From Parcubacteria group bacterium (GTDB taxonomy: Bacteria > Patescibacteriota > Minisyncoccia > Phycocordibacterales > Phycocordibacteraceae): a stretch of DNA of 33,975 nt. Below, piece by piece: positions 30,542-33,975 of this stretch (positions are counted from its first letter, which is position 1; each line of letters starts with the position of its first letter). The position numbers and the translations under genes are program-made. The DNA lies in contig JAQBRK010000024.1 in assembly GCA_028286505.1 (NCBI GenBank), positions 1-33,975 on the forward strand. Direction: 5' to 3'. The notes under the pieces were generated by a model that was not told the DNA's origin, ran no database searches, and saw only the letters and a program-made list of their open reading frames with translations.

Positions 30542-33500
30542 ATGGAGACCAAAATACTTTCCCTGCCAAACAAAAAAGCCGTTGCAATCGGCGTGTTTTC
30601 CGTGCTTGCCGTGCTTGCGACCGGTTTCGGCATCGGTCTCGCAACGGGCGTCGTCAACGTACCGACGGCGTTCGCTTGCTGCGTGACGCCTCCGCCTCCG
30701 CCTCCTCCGCCGCCACCACCCCCACCTCCGCCACCCCCACCTCCCGCACCGGCGCCAGCTCCTGCACCGGCTCCTGTCACGGTGACGCCTCCGCCGCCTC
30801 CTACCTGTGATTTCGACGCGTCTCCATCGAGCGTTCAACAGGGAGGTTCTTCGACCCTTTCGTGGTCAACCAACAATGCGGATTCCGTTTCTATCGACGC
30901 CTTTGGCGCGGTGAACACATCCGGCTCTACCGGCGTGACTCCTTCGGTCACGACCACCTACACGCTTACCGCAACGAACTCGATTGCGACCGTTCGCTGT
31001 AACACCACCGTTACGGTAACCGTTCCTCTTCCTCCTGCACCGGTCTGTACGCTTTCCGCGAACCCGACCAACATCCAGCAGGGAGGTGCGTCTACTCTTA
31101 ACTGGACAACGAACAACGCTACCTCGGTGTCTATCGATAACGGCATCGGTGGCGTCGCTACTTCTGGCGGGCGCACGGTTACCCCGCTACAGACCACCAC
31201 CTACACTCTTACCGCAACCGGTAACGGCGGCACGGTGAACTGTAATGCGACCATTACGGTAACGCCTCCGGTAGTTCAACCACCTGCACCGGTCTGTACG
31301 CTTTCAGCGAACCCGACCAACATCCAGCAGGGCGGTTCCTCGAACCTCTCATGGAGCACGAACAACGCTACGTCGTTCACTATCAATCAGGGTATCGGAC
31401 AGGTAACTCCCGTTTCCGGTGGTTCTCGCACCATCTCGCCTTCGGTTACCACTACCTATACGGGTACGGCAACGGGTCCTGGCGGCACGGTGAACTGTAA
31501 TGCAACGGTTACCGTTACGGTTGTTCCTCCTGCACCGGTCTGTACGCTTTCCGCATCTCCGACTTCTATCCTTGCAGGCGGTACCTCAACCCTCTTCTGG
31601 ACAACCAGCAACGCTTCTTCCGTCACTATTACGAACGTCGGATCGGTTACTCCGGTATCGAGCGGTTCACGAAGCGTTTCGCCGACACAAACAACCACCT
31701 ACACCCTTACCGCAACCGGTAACGGCGGCACGGTGAACTGTAACGTGACCATCACTATCGTTACGCCCCAGGCTCCTGTCTGTACGCTCTCGGCAGTACC
31801 AACGTCCATTACCCAAGGTTCTGCAGCAACCCTTACCTGGACCACGAGCAACGCTTCGAATGTCTTCATCACTAACGTAGGTGGTGTAGAAAAGGGCGGT
31901 TCCGTTACGGTCGCGCCTTCGGTGACGACAACGTATACGCTTACCGCTTATGGCAGTAACGGTCAGCCGGTAAGTTGTTCGGCAACCATCACGGTGGTCA
32001 CTCCGAACTCCCCGGTCTGTACGCTCACGGCTTCGCCTACGAATATCCAGCAGGGAGGTTCATCCACGCTTACCTGGACGACGAACAACGCCACTTCCGT
32101 ATCTATCGATAACGGCATCGGCGGCGTCGCAACTTCAGGTTCTCGTAACGTAGCGCCAAGTTCGTCTACTACGTACACGCTCACGGCTTCGGGTCCCGGC
32201 GGCACGGTGTATTGTTCGGCACCAATCACGGTGACCTACATCCAGATACCTCCTGCACCGACCTGTACGCTTTCGGCGAACCCAAGCACGCTACGTTCCG
32301 GTGACGTCACGACGCTCTCGTGGACAACTACGAACGCGAACTCGTTCTCTATCGATCAGGGTGTTGGCTTCGTCAATCCCGTATCGAATGGTTCGCTTGG
32401 CGTTAATCCTGGCGGCAGCCGTACCTACACCGGTACCGCAACCGGCCCCGGAGGAACCGTCACCTGCGCTACCAGCGTATCGACCAGCTACTCACGCCCG
32501 GGACCTGCTTGTACCCTCAACGTTTCTCCTTCGACCATCAACAATGGCGACGAAGCAACGCTTACCTGGGACGGAACTAACGTAAACCAGGTTCGCATCA
32601 ACCAGGGCATCGGCTCGGTGAATGATGGCGGTTCTCGCACCGTGTCTCCTCGCGGAGCAGGTACGTACACCTACGAGGGAACCTTCTACGGAGATAACGG
32701 CAACGTCATCACGTGTTCTGCAACGCTTCGCGTTCGCGAACCGCAGCAGCATCTCGTTCTTGACTCGCTTCCTGTCGTCGGTCCTCAGCCGCTCTCGTAC
32801 GTCTATCTTGCCGATATGCCGTACACGGGTCTTGACCTTGGTCCCGTAGGAACCGCGCTCTACTGGCTCGGCCTCATCCTCTGGAGTCTTGCGGTCGCGT
32901 ACCTCGTGCTTTGGGGAGCAGTACCGTTCGCGCTTCGTCGCTTCGGACTCGCAGCTCCTGAGTTCGCTCATGCAACGAACCATGCGTATCCGCATGACGC
33001 TCCGGCTCCGCTTCTTGCCGCAGCATCCGCTGCAGCAGCGCACGTCGCGAAACCTGCCATGCACTCGGCCGTAGCTGCCGCTCCTGCTCGTACGTACTCT
33101 TCGTACTCAGGCTTCAAGGCTGTTGCCGAGAACGGCGCACTCACTATCGACGACATCGTTAAGGGACTTTCCCGCGAAACCGAGGTCCAGACCTACGTAC
33201 CGGCCGCTACCATTGCTGCAGCCGCACCCGTAGCACATGCCTATGTTGCTCCTGCAGCAGCACCTGCAGCTGTCTCAGCACCGGTTCACCAGGACATCCC
33301 GGCCTTCCTCACCGCTCTTATCAACGGCGAGAAGGAAACGGTCTTCGGTATCATTCGCGGCATCACAAAGGCAGGAGGCGATTCCCAGGAATTCCTCACG
33401 CACGTGGTATTCGCTCTCGATGATGCGTACCGCGCAAAGATGGACGGCACCGCCGTACATCCTGAAGTGGCTCGCGTCTGTGTAGATTGCGCACCGAACT

Positions 33501-33613
33501 TCCTCGAGCGCCTCGTGTCCTCGCTTTCCACTGCCGTCGATTCCAGCTACTCGGCAGGAGTGACGGGCGTGAAGCTTGCGGTTACGCGCGCGCTTCAGGT
33601 CGTAGAAGGGTAA
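30542..33613 (+). CDS. giant surface protein: N-terminal anchor/signal, 19-Pro + (AP)5 spacer, 8 Ig-like repeats, MPYTG + TM + RR segment, ~220 aa C-terminal domain
   Basis: 1023 aa. The hydrophobic N-terminus is AVAIGVFSVLAVLATGFGIGLATGV. Repeats of 79-83 aa each begin with a Cys (Cys codons at 30806, 31046, 31295, 31541, 31781, 32018, 32264, 32510). MPYTG lies at 32816-32830, followed by LDLGPVGTALYWLGLILWSLAVAYLVLWGAVPFALRRFG. An Ala-rich stretch and a helical domain follow. Confidence 0.8.
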   Translation: METKILSLPNKKAVAIGVFSVLAVLATGFGIGLATGVVNVPTAFACCVTPPPPPPPPPPPPPPPPPPPAPAPAPAPAPVTVTPPPPPTCDFDASPSSVQQGGSSTLSWSTNNADSVSIDAFGAVNTSGSTGVTPSVTTTYTLTATNSIATVRCNTTVTVTVPLPPAPVCTLSANPTNIQQGGASTLNWTTNNATSVSIDNGIGGVATSGGRTVTPLQTTTYTLTATGNGGTVNCNATITVTPPVVQPPAPVCTLSANPTNIQQGGSSNLSWSTNNATSFTINQGIGQVTPVSGGSRTISPSVTTTYTGTATGPGGTVNCNATVTVTVVPPAPVCTLSASPTSILAGGTSTLFWTTSNASSVTITNVGSVTPVSSGSRSVSPTQTTTYTLTATGNGGTVNCNVTITIVTPQAPVCTLSAVPTSITQGSAATLTWTTSNASNVFITNVGGVEKGGSVTVAPSVTTTYTLTAYGSNGQPVSCSATITVVTPNSPVCTLTASPTNIQQGGSSTLTWTTNNATSVSIDNGIGGVATSGSRNVAPSSSTTYTLTASGPGGTVYCSAPITVTYIQIPPAPTCTLSANPSTLRSGDVTTLSWTTTNANSFSIDQGVGFVNPVSNGSLGVNPGGSRTYTGTATGPGGTVTCATSVSTSYSRPGPACTLNVSPSTINNGDEATLTWDGTNVNQVRINQGIGSVNDGGSRTVSPRGAGTYTYEGTFYGDNGNVITCSATLRVREPQQHLVLDSLPVVGPQPLSYVYLADMPYTGLDLGPVGTALYWLGLILWSLAVAYLVLWGAVPFALRRFGLAAPEFAHATNHAYPHDAPAPLLAAASAAAAHVAKPAMHSAVAAAPARTYSSYSGFKAVAENGALTIDDIVKGLSRETEVQTYVPAATIAAAAPVAHAYVAPAAAPAAVSAPVHQDIPAFLTALINGEKETVFGIIRGITKAGGDSQEFLTHVVFALDDAYRAKMDGTAVHPEVARVCVDCAPNFLERLVSSLSTAVDSSYSAGVTGVKLAVTRALQVVEG
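30689..30745 (+). repeat. run of 19 consecutive proline codons, followed by (Ala-Pro)5
   Basis: Counted codon by codon in the frame of 30542: CCT CCG CCT CCG … CCC (mixed Pro codons), then GCA CCG GCG CCA GCT CCT GCA CCG GCT CCT to 30775. Confidence 0.9.
30806..32746 (+). repeat. eight tandem Ig-like coding repeats (79-83 aa)
   Basis: The consensus is C(T/D)LSA.P..I..GG.STL.W.T.NA.S..I..G.G.V…GS..V.P…TTYTLTA.G.GG.V.C.A.ITV. Segments 31034-31087 and 31283-31336 are 52/54 nt identical. Confidence 0.85.
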
Positions 33614-33618
33614 ACCGT

Positions 33619-33723
33619 CTAAAAGCTCCACCTGCATTGCCCTGAGTTCGGAAATTTCTTCCACCGTACTGCTAGTACGTTTCCAGAAATTTCCTCCTCT
33701 CTTCGCGCATCTGAATCTTTTAG
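33619..33723 (+). repeat. intergenic hairpin-element family, copy D (downstream of the giant surface gene)
   Basis: Paired segments:
- CTAAAAG (33619-25) with CTTTTAG (33717-23)
- GGAAATTTCT (33650-59) with AGAAATTTCC (33685-94)
- tip CGTAC-tgcta-GTACG (33665-79)

The stem differs from copy B by compensatory changes. Confidence 0.65.
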
Positions 33724-33757
33724 CCCGGTTTACAAGAGTTCAAGAACCAACAGAAAA

Positions 33758-33819
33758 GCAAACACCCGCAGCATTCGCTGCGGGTGTTTGCTTTTATGCG
33801 CGCTCAGCGCATACTTTTT
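33758..33819 (+). terminator. tandem rho-independent terminators
   Basis: The first is GCAAACACCCGCAGC-attc-GCTGCGGGTGTTTGC followed by TTTT (33758-33795). The second is TATGCGC-gctca-GCGCATA followed by cTTTTT (33795-33819). Confidence 0.85.
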
Positions 33820-33860
33820 CCAGGCGAGCAGGAACACCTGCCGCAACCAGGGAGACGGAA

Positions 33861-33975
33861 ATGCAGGAAGGAACCGACAAAGAACTTTCGAACGACCGGT
33901 CGCGCGCCATCGTCATCACGGCAATTGCTGTGGTACTGAGCTTCGTCGGCATCTATTTGGTGGCCACGGGTCAAA
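33861..33975 (+). CDS. 5' end of a hypothetical membrane protein (runs off the window)
   Basis: GGAG at 33851-33854 lies 6 nt before the ATG. The sequence reads MQEGTDKELSNDRSRAIVITAIAVVLSFVGIYLVATGQ… with a hydrophobic helix. The reading frame remains open to the end of the window. Confidence 0.4.
   Translation, partial: MQEGTDKELSNDRSRAIVITAIAVVLSFVGIYLVATGQ

Noticed and set aside
30478-30780. ORF encoding a poly-Gly/poly-Ala-Gly stretch, and the overlapping Arg/Trp-rich ORF 30506-30838
   Set aside because: These are simply the reverse complement of the poly-Pro/(Ala-Pro) codons of the 30542-33613 gene.
1-33975. Prophage, integrative element, IS or plasmid-derived island
   Set aside because: No integrase, transposase, recombinase, phage structural or conjugation genes were recognisable. 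The only hints are the tRNA-fragment debris, the orphan RHH gene and the compositional oddities reported as findings.

Overview
Dense ~34 kb chromosomal window, roughly 50-55% G+C by spot counts. It uses the standard genetic code, and TAA/TAG stops dominate.

**Backbone.** The backbone is translation and housekeeping genes: rplY, rpmE (Cys-less type B), prfA, rpsB, tsf, tRNA-Thr(UGU), a tightly coupled pheS-pheT-histidine phosphatase-folB-adk operon, and gyrB. Several of these are conspicuously short: PheS 240 aa, PheT 632 aa, RF1 317 aa, EF-Ts 194 aa. Combined with many CARDB/Ig-type surface proteins and -10 boxes sitting 6-9 nt from start codons, this suggests a reduced-genome CPR/Patescibacteria-like bacterium. 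That assignment is inference only.

**Surface locus 1 (2386-11020).** This is a duplicated, translationally coupled gene pair. Each pair encodes a TM-anchored PD40/TolB-like protein and a ~840-860 aa secreted PKD/CARDB/Ig-module protein. The two copies bracket an Lnt-like apolipoprotein N-acyltransferase homolog. I consider this the best candidate for an undescribed system.

**Surface locus 2 (26822-33613).** A sortase gene is surrounded by three unusual secreted proteins:
- a CARDB protein with five Cys-containing ~33 aa tandem repeats;
- a G+C-rich Cys-rich protein;
- a 1023 aa protein with a 19-proline run, eight Cys-bracketed Ig-like repeats, and an internal MPYTG + TM + RR sorting-signal-like segment followed by a further ~220 aa.

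**Non-coding observations.**
- At least six related ~80-100 nt hairpin elements lie mostly just after stop codons. They share a CGTAC-N5-GTACG tip, and stem changes between copies are compensatory.
- A ~160 nt long hairpin with 17 bp termini lies after gyrB.
- tRNA-like fragments and a perfect 12 bp palindrome lie upstream of tRNA-Thr.

**Other.** A three-gene kinase / RH-motif protein / EEP cluster is the only place where TGA stops are used.

**Not found.** No CRISPR array, integrase, transposase, reverse transcriptase or rRNA was seen.
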